A stretch of DNA of 64,000 nucleotides from Candidatus Bathyarchaeota archaeon (lineage in GTDB: Archaea; Thermoproteota; Bathyarchaeia; Bathyarchaeales; Bathycorpusculaceae). The position numbers and the translations under genes are program-made. Numbering within the stretch: the first letter of the stretch is position 1; each line of letters begins with the position of its first letter. The notes below the pieces were generated by a model. The model did not search any database, was not told the DNA's origin, and saw nothing but the letters and a program-made list of their open reading frames with translations. Positions 32,086 to 42,472 of this stretch are shown one piece after another. The DNA lies in contig CAWAKC010000003.1 in the NCBI GenBank assembly GCA_963782525.1, positions 1 through 64,000 of the forward strand, read 5' to 3'.

Positions 32086-32264
32086 CAAATATGCTCCTCA
32101 AAGAGATGGGTTTTGCCTTTTGTTATAGCATCCTAATCGACGCCTTAGTCGTGCGAACCTATCTGGTGCCTGCTGTGATGTCGACGTTTGGAAAATGGAA
32201 TTGGTACAACCTCATAAAACGCCCTCAAAGACTCAAAGAAATAGGAGGCTCAAAAACCGCATAA
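32086..32264 (+). pseudogene. C-terminal remnant of an MMPL/RND transporter
   Basis: LLKEMGFAF...ILIDALVVRTYLVPAVMSTFGKWNWY is the typical MMPL C-terminus; the rest of the gene is missing. Confidence 0.7.
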
Positions 32265-32352
32265 GCAACTTGGGAAAGGCAAACCTCCCAAGCAACATTT
32301 TAATAATCCACCCAACCTTTTGCGATAAAAAAGCTCAGTCAGATGTTGATTT

Positions 32353-34056
32353 ATGGTACAGTACAAATGGGTTGCATTATCGAACACGACTCTTGGCATG
32401 CTGATGGCTTCCATCGACATGACCATCGTTTTAATTGCGATGCCATCGATTTTTAGAGGCATAAACATTGACCCCTTCACATCTTTCCAGTACCTGCTCT
32501 GGATAATGTTCGGCTACAGCATCGTCACAGCGACCCTGCTGGTTACTTTCGGCAGGTTATCTGACATGTTTGGTCGAGTTAAACTCTACAACTTAGGCTT
32601 CCTCATCTTTACTATAGGTTCAATCCTGCTATTCCTGACGCCCAGCACAGGCGACGCTGGAGCCATCGAGCTGATAGCTTTCAGAATCGTCCAAGGCGTA
32701 GGTGCTGCGTTTCTTTTCTCCAACAGCGGAGCAATCATAACTGATGCGTTCCCAGCAAACGAACGAGGCAAAGCCCTAGGAATCAACCAACTAGCTTTCC
32801 TCGCAGGCTCACTCATTGGCTTAGTCTTAGGCGGCGTCTTAGCGGTTTTCGATTGGAGACTGGTCTTTTTAGTCAGCGTTCCCGTCGGAATCATCGGCAC
32901 AATCTGGTCTTACTGGAAACTTAAAGAACAAAACATTGTACGCAAAAAACAAAAGATGGATGTTTGGGGCAACATAAGCTTCGGCGCAGGCTTAACACTG
33001 ATCCTTATAGGCATAACATATGGGTTGACGCCTTATGGTTCATCTCCGATGGGCTGGGGCAATCCATGGGTAGTTGGTTCACTTCTCAGTGGAGCCGCCT
33101 TACTGTTTGCGTTTCCCTTCATCGAAAAACACGTGGAGCAGCCATTGTTCAACTTGGACCTGTTCAAGAACAGGGAGTTCGCAACCGCAAACATTGCAAC
33201 TTTCCTAAGCTCCATCTCAAGAGGGGGCGTCATGGTTATGCTTGTCGTGCTCCTTCAGGGCATCTGGCTTCCTCTTCATGGCTACAGTTACGATTCTACA
33301 CCTTTCTGGGCGGGCATCTTCATGCTTCCAATGTCAATAGGCATAGCGCTCACTGGTCCTTTGAGCGGCTGGTTATCTGACAAACATGGTGCAAGGGTTC
33401 TTGCGACCGCTGGCATGGTAATTACAGGCGTAGGGTTTCTGGTTTTCACGTTATTGCCTTCGAACTTTGAATACTTGCCCTTTGCTCTAATTCTCCTTGT
33501 CTTAGGCATTGGCAACGGCATCTTCATGTCACCTAACATGGCTTCAGTTATGAATTCTTGTCCGCCAGAACATAGAGGCGCAGCCTCAGGAATGCGCTCA
33601 ACCCTGCAGAACTGCGGCCAAACCATCAGCCAAGCAATCTTCTTTGCCATAATTATAATTTCTCTCAACGCCACGCTACCTGTTGCGCTTTCTACTGCAG
33701 TATCTAACACTGGCGCTTCACCACAGATTGCATCAGCATTCAGCCATACCCCCGCGGCTGGGGCACTCTTCGGCGCTTTCTTAGGATACAACCCCATTGA
33801 AACAATGCTGCATGGCATGGGTTCAATAACTGCAGCGCTGCCTCAAAGTACACTAACTACTCTGACAAGCCAAACCTTCTTTCCCAACGCTATTGCATCG
33901 CCGTTCATGACAGCTCTAACAACAGCTTTCATATTTGCTGCAATCTTGTGTTTCTTAGCGGCTGCGTTTTCAGGGTTAAGAGGCAAAAAAACCGCTTGTT
34001 TCGAGACTGGAAAGGTTGAGGAAAAAGCTGTAATTGAGTCCACTGTGGAAGTATAG
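32353..34056 (+). CDS. MFS drug:H+ antiporter (DHA2, 14 TM)
   Basis: DMTIV.IA.P, GRLSDMFGR, RIVQGVG, ERGKALG, GWLSDKHG. Confidence 0.9.
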   Translation: MVQYKWVALSNTTLGMLMASIDMTIVLIAMPSIFRGINIDPFTSFQYLLWIMFGYSIVTATLLVTFGRLSDMFGRVKLYNLGFLIFTIGSILLFLTPSTGDAGAIELIAFRIVQGVGAAFLFSNSGAIITDAFPANERGKALGINQLAFLAGSLIGLVLGGVLAVFDWRLVFLVSVPVGIIGTIWSYWKLKEQNIVRKKQKMDVWGNISFGAGLTLILIGITYGLTPYGSSPMGWGNPWVVGSLLSGAALLFAFPFIEKHVEQPLFNLDLFKNREFATANIATFLSSISRGGVMVMLVVLLQGIWLPLHGYSYDSTPFWAGIFMLPMSIGIALTGPLSGWLSDKHGARVLATAGMVITGVGFLVFTLLPSNFEYLPFALILLVLGIGNGIFMSPNMASVMNSCPPEHRGAASGMRSTLQNCGQTISQAIFFAIIIISLNATLPVALSTAVSNTGASPQIASAFSHTPAAGALFGAFLGYNPIETMLHGMGSITAALPQSTLTTLTSQTFFPNAIASPFMTALTTAFIFAAILCFLAAAFSGLRGKKTACFETGKVEEKAVIESTVEV

Positions 34057-34133
34057 GCAGACAGCGCGTTTCTTTGAGCCTATTTTTCTTTTAATAACTT
34101 CTGAACTCTGCTTTTAGCCGCTTGCATTCTAAT

Positions 34134-34335
34134 AGAAGAAGAAAAACACATTTCCTACAGAATTGTCGTCCTTCTTTTTTCAAACAACTACAAAGTCAAT
34201 TCTTAACTAATAGAAGAAGACAGTGACCTGCAAACAACGCTGTCTTCTTCTTTCAAACTTAAATCAAATTTCCCCCGAGACATCAGTTAACTTGTAGAAG
34301 AAGAAATAGGGTAAATTTTCCAACTTTCTTCTTCT
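34134..34335. repeat. Three ~40-bp inverted-repeat units AGAAGAAGA-N22-TCTTCTTCT
   Basis: Units start at 34134 (degenerate right arm), 34212 and 34296. Confidence 0.65.
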
Positions 34336-34452
34336 TTTAGTTCAGATTCTGGTCGATGGGACACTAACAATTGAGGAAATGCACGTGTTTTTCTGCCAAT
34401 TATCAGTTATGTCTAAAGTGCCTCTGAATATTTTCCAAAGGAACGTAGATTG

Positions 34453-36975
34453 TTATTTGCGTTTTTTTATTAGGACAACGACCAAAAATAGTACCGCTAA
34501 CATAATCAAAATCATGACTGCTTCCAGATTTTCAGGAATTGCTGAAGGGTTAGTATATGGTAAACTTGTGGGGGTTGGAGAAGAGGGTGGTGAAGATGGA
34601 GCTGAAAATGGGGAAATGGTCGTTGCAGGTGAGAGAGTTGGGTTTGTGGGTTCGGGTGATGGAGACGGCGTGGGGGTTTGTGTGGGAGTTGGAGAAGAGA
34701 TTGATGTTGGCGTTTGGGTTGCTGTAGGTTGTAGCGCTTCAAGAGTCAACGTGTAATTGAATGTTGATGTTAAACCTGCATTGTTCATGAATTGGACAAA
34801 CACTGTTTTTTGGCCATCTCCGCCTTGTAGAGTCCACGTTTTCGATGATGAATATGGCTCCCAATTTGACCAGGATGAGTTATCGTTTGAGAACCGCATT
34901 TGTGCAATTCCTGTGGTGGCATCGGTTGCTGATAAAGTCAGCGTAATTATTGGAGTTTCAGTGACTGAAGGTGTTGTTATGTTTCCTGTTGGGGGAGTCT
35001 TGTCTATCTGAATTCCTGTTATGGTCACGTGTGGAAGTTCATTGAGACCTGACCCGTAAATGTTCCATGTACACCAGTATTCGAGCGTGTTATTGCTGCC
35101 CTCTGTTGTTATCGTTGGTTCCCCGTTAGCTGTAACATTGAAAATTGGTCCCCCATTTATACTGTAAAAGGTTTCATTCACAGCAAAGTCAGGAGTAAGG
35201 TTTATGGTAATGTCGGATGCGTGCCATCCGTTCACGTAATCGTTGGCAACCGTTGGCAAGCGGGTCAAATTAACGCAGAAATTACTGTTTCCATCGTTTA
35301 TTGTAATTGTGTGTTGACCTGCAGTTGTAGTAGGCACAATGAAGGTTGTGTTGAAAAACCCGTTGTTGTCGGTGGGTATTATCCCCAAGTTAGTTGTGTT
35401 GTCCCATAACAGTGAAACGCTGCCAGGATCGAACCATTCACCAGAAAAAAGTAGAGCATCGCCGTTTTGGACAAATACGCTGGTTGCCAAATTAGTGCTG
35501 TTTCCGAATAGTCCTTGCGCAGTTACGTTTCCTACCAGCGATAGGCCGCGTCTCCATTCCGCAAATGGAACAACGGTATTGTAAGTGCGACCATTGCTGT
35601 TATCTTGAACTCTGAAAACAATGTTGTCGAAGGCTGCCTGGTGATCGCCTGCAGTGTTGTTTTGGGCTAAATCCGGTGCGTTCATGCTGTAAGTAAAGTT
35701 TTCGGATGTAAGATTGTAGTTGTTGATTATAGGGGTCCAGCCGTTGGTTACTGGGTTTAGGTACGAAATGTTTACTGAGCCCCCAGAAGTGAAGCCGACT
35801 CCGTTGAGAATTATTGCCCCGTTAGGTGGACCGGAAGAGGGAAACACATCAAGAGAGGTCCCAAACCTATACGTAAGAGGGCTACCAAGCCCTGTTACCA
35901 AATCGTAGCCTTGGTTTGCAGAGTTAACTTTGTTGGATCCTTGGGTTATATCTCGGAAGTAAGTTTGATAGGATGAGTTTGCTTTACTATAAAGGTTAAT
36001 GTTTGTGGCGGATTGTCCGAGCGCTTGAATGGCTGCCCACTGAGGTGCCCCAGCGCTTGTGCCGCCAACAATCCACCATGTGCCGTTATAAACTGAGACA
36101 CCTGTTGAAGGGTTTGCGTTATAAGAGACATCGGGAACTACCCGATTTGGATAGTTTAATCCAAAGTTTGTTTGATAATTAGGCCTGGCAATGTAGTGAC
36201 TCACTCCTCCACTACTGCCAACCCAAGCAGTTTCAGAAGATACTGAGCCGTTTGGGTAAAAATATAGCGATGTTCCTCCTACACTAACAACGTTCGCTGA
36301 AGAAGCCGGCCACATTACACTTGAGCCATCATCACCTGATGAAGCGAAAAAGGTGATGCCGGGTTTGTTGAAATGACTTTCATAGAAGGTTTGGAATGAT
36401 GATTCGTTTCCTCCCCAACTCATCGAAACTGCAACTACGCCTGGCTGACTTGCCGCGTAATCAACAGCTGATAGAAGCGCAAAATTGGACGCGGAAGTAG
36501 CTTCAACTAGAAGTATCATTGCGTTGGGAGCTATGGCATGAGCCCATTCTACATCTAAACAAGTTTCCAATGACCAACCATTATCGACTTGTAAATTTGG
36601 AGCCATCTTATGGACAAAAAAGTTGCTTGTCGAGTTGTCTGGAAGCCCATATTGACTTGAAAAAGTGTTGTAGTAATCTAGTATGTTTGGCGTGTCAAAT
36701 GCGTCAACTATGGCGATTGTAGTGTTGGCGCCTCCTGATGAGGGCAAGTTATAAGCTGATCTCATCTGTTCAGGCGAATATCCATGCGGACTAGATGAAC
36801 CTGCAAATGGAGAAATATACATGGGGTGAGCCACCCAATCGTTCTGATCTTTTTGTGTAGCCAAAAAGGCTCCAGATGGAACAAAGTAAGCAATCATAAA
36901 CATTGAACATGTAACGAATACTAGAATTCGAGCTACTTGTATTCGATTCACTTTAGCTGGTTTCCCTTTTTTCAT
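34453..36975 (-). CDS. Surface-anchored S53 (sedolisin) peptidase
   Basis: ETCLDVE (E-x3-D), SSGDDG, GGTSAGAP, GYDLVTGLGSP; Ig-like domains, PT linker, IPE + TM + KKRK tail. Confidence 0.85.
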   Translation of the reverse strand: MKKGKPAKVNRIQVARILVFVTCSMFMIAYFVPSGAFLATQKDQNDWVAHPMYISPFAGSSSPHGYSPEQMRSAYNLPSSGGANTTIAIVDAFDTPNILDYYNTFSSQYGLPDNSTSNFFVHKMAPNLQVDNGWSLETCLDVEWAHAIAPNAMILLVEATSASNFALLSAVDYAASQPGVVAVSMSWGGNESSFQTFYESHFNKPGITFFASSGDDGSSVMWPASSANVVSVGGTSLYFYPNGSVSSETAWVGSSGGVSHYIARPNYQTNFGLNYPNRVVPDVSYNANPSTGVSVYNGTWWIVGGTSAGAPQWAAIQALGQSATNINLYSKANSSYQTYFRDITQGSNKVNSANQGYDLVTGLGSPLTYRFGTSLDVFPSSGPPNGAIILNGVGFTSGGSVNISYLNPVTNGWTPIINNYNLTSENFTYSMNAPDLAQNNTAGDHQAAFDNIVFRVQDNSNGRTYNTVVPFAEWRRGLSLVGNVTAQGLFGNSTNLATSVFVQNGDALLFSGEWFDPGSVSLLWDNTTNLGIIPTDNNGFFNTTFIVPTTTAGQHTITINDGNSNFCVNLTRLPTVANDYVNGWHASDITINLTPDFAVNETFYSINGGPIFNVTANGEPTITTEGSNNTLEYWCTWNIYGSGLNELPHVTITGIQIDKTPPTGNITTPSVTETPIITLTLSATDATTGIAQMRFSNDNSSWSNWEPYSSSKTWTLQGGDGQKTVFVQFMNNAGLTSTFNYTLTLEALQPTATQTPTSISSPTPTQTPTPSPSPEPTNPTLSPATTISPFSAPSSPPSSPTPTSLPYTNPSAIPENLEAVMILIMLAVLFLVVVLIKKRK

Positions 36976-37153
36976 TCACAGAGGATACGTTAGTAACTGA
37001 TATTGGCTTATGTGGTTGGTTATTTCATTTATGGTTTGTCAATCAAACTTATCAAGCATTGTGAGAGCATTTGGGATCTAAAAATCCATCAATTGCACCG
37101 CAGCCATAGTGGGATGAAAAAAGCTTCAAAAGAGTAATCCAAGTTTTTAGATT

Positions 37154-38377
37154 TCAAACTTTCATTTTTGTTTTAATAGGCAGTTTTACTTTAAACGTTG
37201 TTCCCTTATTCACAGCTGTTTTCGCCGTTATCGCGCCCCCATGTGCCTCCACGATGCGTTTGCATATGGCTAAGCCTAAGCCTATTCCTTTGGTTTTTGT
37301 AGTGACAAGCGGTGTAAAAATTTTAGAAAGCAATTCTTCCGTCATTCCAATTCCTGTATCTGTAAAAGTGAATTCCAAATACTGTCCTTCTTGAGAACTT
37401 GCTATTTTGAGTTCTCCACCGTTGGGCATTGCTTCAAGAGCATTATTTACAAGATTAATGAACACTCTCTCGATTTTGTTAACATCAACGGAGATTAAAG
37501 GAAATGCTTGAACTCTCTCTGATACTTTAACATTCTTTGGCAATGCAATCGTATACAACAAGTTTACTATTAGTGATTTAGGAGAGTACTCTTCAAGATC
37601 CAAATGCATCTCTCTGCTAAAATCAAGTAAATCATTAACAATTTTATTTGCTTTTTCTACCGATTTTTCAATAACCGTCAGCATTTCTTTGCCGGTATCA
37701 TCCATTACAATATCTTGCTTCTTTCTAAGATAATATGTTGCATTGTTGATACCTGTGAGAGGACTGCGGAGATCGTGACCAACCATTCCTGCCATTTCAC
37801 CGATAGCTGCTAAACGCTCAGTTTTCAGGAGACGCTCTTGGGCTTCAACTAACTCCTTTGTTCTTTCTTGAACGGTAAACTCCAATCCTTGCGAATACTC
37901 CTCAATTTTTTTGCTAAGTTCTTTTTGTTCAGTAATATTTTCAAATACGGCCGCAAAATAACCCTTTTGAGGACTATATACCGAAATAGACAGCCAAATG
38001 CCCAAAGGCTTAAACTCCATTTCAAAACGTTGATTCTTTCCCGATAAAGCTACGCTACCATATATTTCAAAGAGTTCTGGATGAGCTTCCTTTGTTCCTG
38101 GTATTGCTTGACTGACAAGCTTTCCGAGAACATTTGACCTTTTTAGCCCCGTTAATTTTTCAAAAGCATCATTAATCTCCAGGTAAACAAAATCTTTTGG
38201 CTTGTTTTCGTCGTCAAAAGACATCTTACAGTATGCAAAGCCTTCTGTCATGTTTTCAAATAACAATCGATTTTTTTCTTCACTTTGTCTTAATGCTTCT
38301 TCAACTTGACTATGATTGGCTCTTAATTTGGAATTGAAAATGATTATAGTGTCCTTTTGTTTTTGCCAATCCTCCAA
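37154..38377 (-). CDS. PAS sensor histidine kinase
   Basis: One PAS domain, H-box GHDLRSPL, NLVNNA, DTGIG, GIGLGL. Confidence 0.92.
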   Translation of the reverse strand: MEDWQKQKDTIIIFNSKLRANHSQVEEALRQSEEKNRLLFENMTEGFAYCKMSFDDENKPKDFVYLEINDAFEKLTGLKRSNVLGKLVSQAIPGTKEAHPELFEIYGSVALSGKNQRFEMEFKPLGIWLSISVYSPQKGYFAAVFENITEQKELSKKIEEYSQGLEFTVQERTKELVEAQERLLKTERLAAIGEMAGMVGHDLRSPLTGINNATYYLRKKQDIVMDDTGKEMLTVIEKSVEKANKIVNDLLDFSREMHLDLEEYSPKSLIVNLLYTIALPKNVKVSERVQAFPLISVDVNKIERVFINLVNNALEAMPNGGELKIASSQEGQYLEFTFTDTGIGMTEELLSKIFTPLVTTKTKGIGLGLAICKRIVEAHGGAITAKTAVNKGTTFKVKLPIKTKMKV

Positions 38378-38581
38378 TCTAAGACCCCTTGTAATTTAGA
38401 CGATTTTTTTATTGATGGAAAATCGAAAATAAAGCCTTTGTGAATCTTAAATAATCATTTTACAAGCTAAGATAGAAAAGTCTTGCGTTGAAAACAGGGA
38501 TAACATTCAAGTTCGAATTTGAAAAACCTTGGTTATTTAAATATGAAAAATAAAAAAACATGTGTTAATGCTTAATTCATA

Positions 38582-39022
38582 TTAACTTAGAGCTCTAGCT
38601 CTTGATTCTATAAATTCTGCGACTTTCTTCTCACCAAAAGTCTTTTCTTGTTTTTGCAATGATAGTTGTTCTCGAATGGTATCTAAGAGTTTTTCGATGT
38701 CTACGGGTTTGATGAGATAAGCATCTGCTTTCTGGTTTAGAGCTAAAATGGCGTTTTGCTGTGAAGGGAAACCAGTTACCATTATCTTCCGGATCTTAGG
38801 AACTGTATCACGCATTTTGGACAGCAGTTCTATACCTTCCATATCTGGAAGCTTGATGTCTAGTAACGCAACGTTGTAGGTGGAATCTTGTGTTTTTCTA
38901 ATAGCCTCACGTCCACTTGCCGCCAAATCGACCTCAAAGCCTTCATCGAGAAGTATGGCAAGAACAGTTTTTCGGATGTTCTCATCGTCGTCAACAACTA
39001 AAATTCTAACTGGATTATCCAA
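38582..39022 (-). CDS. Response regulator (receiver domain + short helical tail)
   Basis: ILVVDDD, LLDIKLPD, MVTG, YLIKP. Confidence 0.92.
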   Translation of the reverse strand: MDNPVRILVVDDDENIRKTVLAILLDEGFEVDLAASGREAIRKTQDSTYNVALLDIKLPDMEGIELLSKMRDTVPKIRKIMVTGFPSQQNAILALNQKADAYLIKPVDIEKLLDTIREQLSLQKQEKTFGEKKVAEFIESRARALS

Positions 39023-40952
39023 TCTTATTCACCTCCCGTACAAAATCTTGATTAATTGGCAATGTAACCTTGAAAGTTGTTCCTTCACCTAACTTACTTG
39101 TAACCTTGATTTTTCCGCAATGTGCTTCAACCAACCGTTTGCAAATCGCCAATCCAAATCCCATACCTTGCGCTTTTGTTGTAACTAATGGTGTGAAGAG
39201 TTTTGCTTTGGTTTCTTCAGAAATACCTACACCTGAGTCGATAAAAGAAAATTCCACGAAGGACTCAGTTTGTAGGCTTTTTATTTCCAAGGTTCCTTTT
39301 TCTGGAATTGCATCAATTCCATTTTTGATAAGATTCATAAAAACTCTTTTGATTGAACCTACATCAGCTCTGAATGAAGGTGTGCTTTGTGTATTATCGA
39401 CAATTATTATACGATTTGGGACTTCAAGCGTAGACAAGGCGTCCAACAAGGCTGCTTTAGGGGTGGTCTCCGAAATTTCTAACTTTATGTTCTTTGAATA
39501 ATCTAGGAGATCGCCGATGATCTTGTTTGCATGTTCAATTGATGACTCGATTATGCTAAACATTTCATTTTTAGATTCGCTGGGGCAATCGGCTTCTTTC
39601 TTTTTCAAATAATAAACAGCGTTTTTTATTCCAGAAAGTGGGTTCCGAAGATCATGTCCTACCATTCCAGCCATTTCGCCTATGGCGGCAAGTCTTTCAG
39701 TCTTGACAAGTTGGTTTTGGGCTTCTTTAAGTTCGCCTGTTCTCATAGCAACCGTTTCTTCTAAGCTTTTGGAATAATCTTGAAGCTTCTGTTGAATTTG
39801 TTTTTTCTCGGTGACATCGCGGACAATACTTACCCCAAAAAATGTCCCATTCATTTGAAGTTGCGCATAAGAGATTTCTACAGGGAATGCTGTACCATCT
39901 TTTTTGATGGCGGTTCTTTCAATAATTCTAGTAGATTCAGTCTTGGGTTGATTCTCGATGAACTCTTTCATCATAGGCATTACCGCAGACACATTCTCTT
40001 GAGGTAGTAGGCAGGAAATGGGTTTGCCAATTATTTGGTTGTGAGTGTATCCGAATAGTCTTTGGGCAGCCGGGTTCCAAAAGGATACGTTAAGTTTATT
40101 ATCTATTACAATTATGGCATCCATTGCAGCCTCCATCGTTGCTCGGAATCTTTCTTCACTCTCACTCAAAGTCTGTTCCATTTTCTTACGTTCTGTTATG
40201 GGAACCGCAAGTTCTAAGGCGGCAATAATTCGACCGGTCTTATCTTTTATTGGAGTTGCTGTCAACTCTATCCAAATCAGGTCATTTTCGTTTCTTCTTT
40301 GACAGTATTCGTGGGAATCAGTTTCAACCCCATCTTCAAAAACTTTCCGAACGCCACAATCGCTGCAAAGCGTGTTAGAATGGTTAAAAACGGAAAAGCA
40401 ATACTCGTTTTCCAAGCGGTATTTTGAATTGAGAGTTTTATTGGCCCACAAAACATGGTAATCTCGGCTAATAAGTATGAGACCTGCGTCCAAGTTTTCA
40501 GTCACAGCCTCAAGCATATCTCTTTCCTGTCGGAGTGCGTCCTCGATTTGCTTGCTTTCGGTGATGTCTCTGAAAATACCTTGGACAAGTCTTTTACCAT
40601 TTATCTCGAACACGCTGGATTTAATTGAAACATCTCGAAGATTTCCTTCCTTGGTTATGATTTGGGTTTGCCGAACGCTACTGCCTATGTTTTGGCTGAG
40701 CCTTTTGAAGGCTTTGTTTACTCCTGCTTCGTTTTCTTTTTCGGGATACAGAATTCCATTGTGTTTGCCAATTATTTCTTGACGTGGTCTATTTACCAGT
40801 TGTTGTGCTTTTTTGTTGCAATCGATTATTTTTCCGGTTTTAGCTTCACTTACAAAAATAGCCTCAACTGCTTCTTCGAATAGTGTTTTGTATTTTTCTC
40901 CCGGTTCAATAAGTGCATCAGGTATAGACTTTCTTTTGTTCTGTATCAGCAA
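39015..40952 (-). CDS. Triple-PAS sensor histidine kinase
   Basis: Three PAS/PAC units, GHDLRNPL, NLIKNG, DSGVG, GMGFGL. Confidence 0.92.
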   Translation of the reverse strand: MLIQNKRKSIPDALIEPGEKYKTLFEEAVEAIFVSEAKTGKIIDCNKKAQQLVNRPRQEIIGKHNGILYPEKENEAGVNKAFKRLSQNIGSSVRQTQIITKEGNLRDVSIKSSVFEINGKRLVQGIFRDITESKQIEDALRQERDMLEAVTENLDAGLILISRDYHVLWANKTLNSKYRLENEYCFSVFNHSNTLCSDCGVRKVFEDGVETDSHEYCQRRNENDLIWIELTATPIKDKTGRIIAALELAVPITERKKMEQTLSESEERFRATMEAAMDAIIVIDNKLNVSFWNPAAQRLFGYTHNQIIGKPISCLLPQENVSAVMPMMKEFIENQPKTESTRIIERTAIKKDGTAFPVEISYAQLQMNGTFFGVSIVRDVTEKKQIQQKLQDYSKSLEETVAMRTGELKEAQNQLVKTERLAAIGEMAGMVGHDLRNPLSGIKNAVYYLKKKEADCPSESKNEMFSIIESSIEHANKIIGDLLDYSKNIKLEISETTPKAALLDALSTLEVPNRIIIVDNTQSTPSFRADVGSIKRVFMNLIKNGIDAIPEKGTLEIKSLQTESFVEFSFIDSGVGISEETKAKLFTPLVTTKAQGMGFGLAICKRLVEAHCGKIKVTSKLGEGTTFKVTLPINQDFVREVNKIG

Positions 40953-41328
40953 ATAAGACCCCCATTTTGCAGATTTCTCCAGCTTTTTGAATACTTTGCC
41001 TTTTCAACCTAACATAGGACTCGAATGTTAATTCAGGAACTATCCAATCAGGTTCATTCCACTCATGTATTGTTTTAGTTTTTGTTTGAAGTTTTTTCAT
41101 AAAACTTATTTCGAGAAGCTTGGCCCCCTCGCCAAGAAGTTTTCCGAGCGCATCTGAAAAGCCAGAAAGATTATCAGGAATTTTTTTTCTACTAATTCCA
41201 AAGTCCTTCCATAGATGAAAATAGATTTCATCCTTTGGAGTTTCACCTAAAAAAGAAAGAACTTCATCAATCGTTTCAAGTACAATGGCATCTAAATCTT
41301 GACTTGTTTCAGCTTTTTTTTGTTTCAA
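40918..41328 (-). CDS. DUF3227/NitrOD5-like small helical signalling protein
   Basis: LETIDEVLSFLGE...IYFHL...IPDNL..FSDAL.KLLGEGA; overlaps the kinase start. Confidence 0.6.
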   Translation of the reverse strand: MKQKKAETSQDLDAIVLETIDEVLSFLGETPKDEIYFHLWKDFGISRKKIPDNLSGFSDALGKLLGEGAKLLEISFMKKLQTKTKTIHEWNEPDWIVPELTFESYVRLKRQSIQKAGEICKMGVLFADTEQKKVYT

Positions 41329-41730
41329 GATTTTTAACTCCGTAATCGGTATGATTTCAATATTGAGATGGGTAACCTGGAGGAAGGTCTAAAGTAATTA
41401 ACTTTATGAACTCATAGCAGAGCGAAATTAGTCAGTTGACATTTCAGAAATGTTTTCTCTTTTGTTTTGTAAGTTACGTTTGTGACAAAAAAGGGACTTA
41501 AATTGGGCTTTCGCGCCAAAGGCGTTAATGATTACGCCACTGAAATGATCCTGTTCCTCAACAGGTTTGATGAGGAATAAGCTTACTTAACCGAAAACAA
41601 TGGGAGAAGTATTGGCTGTCGCTTACGCAGTTTGGGTATATTAGTCAATTGCCGATAAAACGGGATTAGAAGCTGTCCAAATCATAATCAAACTTGCAAG
41701 GGAAAGTTCGCATTCTACAAAAAAGAAAAA

Positions 41731-41802
41731 GATCTATTTTAGATATTGTAGGAAAATTTGCAGCGGACAAAAATCTCCGGTACTTTGGTTTGATTGATTT
41801 GA
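41731..41802 (+). pseudogene. Remnant paralogue of the C-terminus of the 53484 mini-TFB
   Basis: Reads DLF-DIVGKFAADKNLRYFGLIDL versus DLFMDVIGKFANDEKLRYFVRIDL in 53484..53870. Confidence 0.65.
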
Positions 41803-42100
41803 CGAAAAAATGCTTAAACCTGAAGTGGAAAAAACCAGCAATCTGTTTGGTGTTTTGACGATTCTTTTTTTAAGGAAACTGAGGGTTTTCGCTCAATTGA
41901 TTTTCAATTGCCCATTTTATGGGAATGCAGAAGGGGCAAAATTGCGCTGTCTATCACCAAAATTTTGCGCCTCTTGATTTCCATTATTATATGAACCTAT
42001 CATCTCTATTTCAAAATTACTATATTTGTTAATAAAATGTTGTGTTTGTATCGAGAGATAAGTATATGGTAAAGTTAGCTTCATTATGGGCCAGGGGTAG

Positions 42101-42424
42101 ATGCTTCAAATGAAATCAACATCGCTGGAGAGAGAATTCAATTTCCGGAAAGATGAACCTAGAAAGAGCCACTCCAAATCTAAGCTTGAACAATATTTTG
42201 ATATTCTTGATGTTTTGGCTGACAGTGGTCCGCTTAAACTCGTGGTGATTATGCAACAAATTGAATTCAACTGTGCGATGGTGATAGAAGATTTGAGTTT
42301 TTTGGTTAAGCAGAATTTGGTTGATGAAATGAGCAACAATCGACAATCAATTTATTCTATAACTGCGCAAGGTGAAAGGGTTGTAAGGTTTTTTAAAAAA
42401 CCCTCTTTACATCCACGATTTTAA
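42101..42424 (+). CDS. Winged-helix transcription regulator (archaeal HTH_45-like)
   Basis: SKLEQYFDILDVL...LSFLVKQNLV...YSITAQG. Confidence 0.8.
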   Translation: MLQMKSTSLEREFNFRKDEPRKSHSKSKLEQYFDILDVLADSGPLKLVVIMQQIEFNCAMVIEDLSFLVKQNLVDEMSNNRQSIYSITAQGERVVRFFKKPSLHPRF

Positions 42425-42472
42425 ATTAACTGTCTTTAGATTCTTCAATTGTTGGCTTGCGTCTAAATTGCG

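Noticed and set aside
34128-34340. CRISPR mini-array
   Set aside because: The units are inverted-repeat arms with variable cores, not identical 25-40-bp direct repeats, and there are no cas genes in the window.
39015-41328. DUF3227-like ORF and PAS kinase as one frameshifted gene
   Set aside because: This is possible given the indel rate, but both ORFs have plausible termini and a 35-bp overlap, so they are kept separate pending reads.
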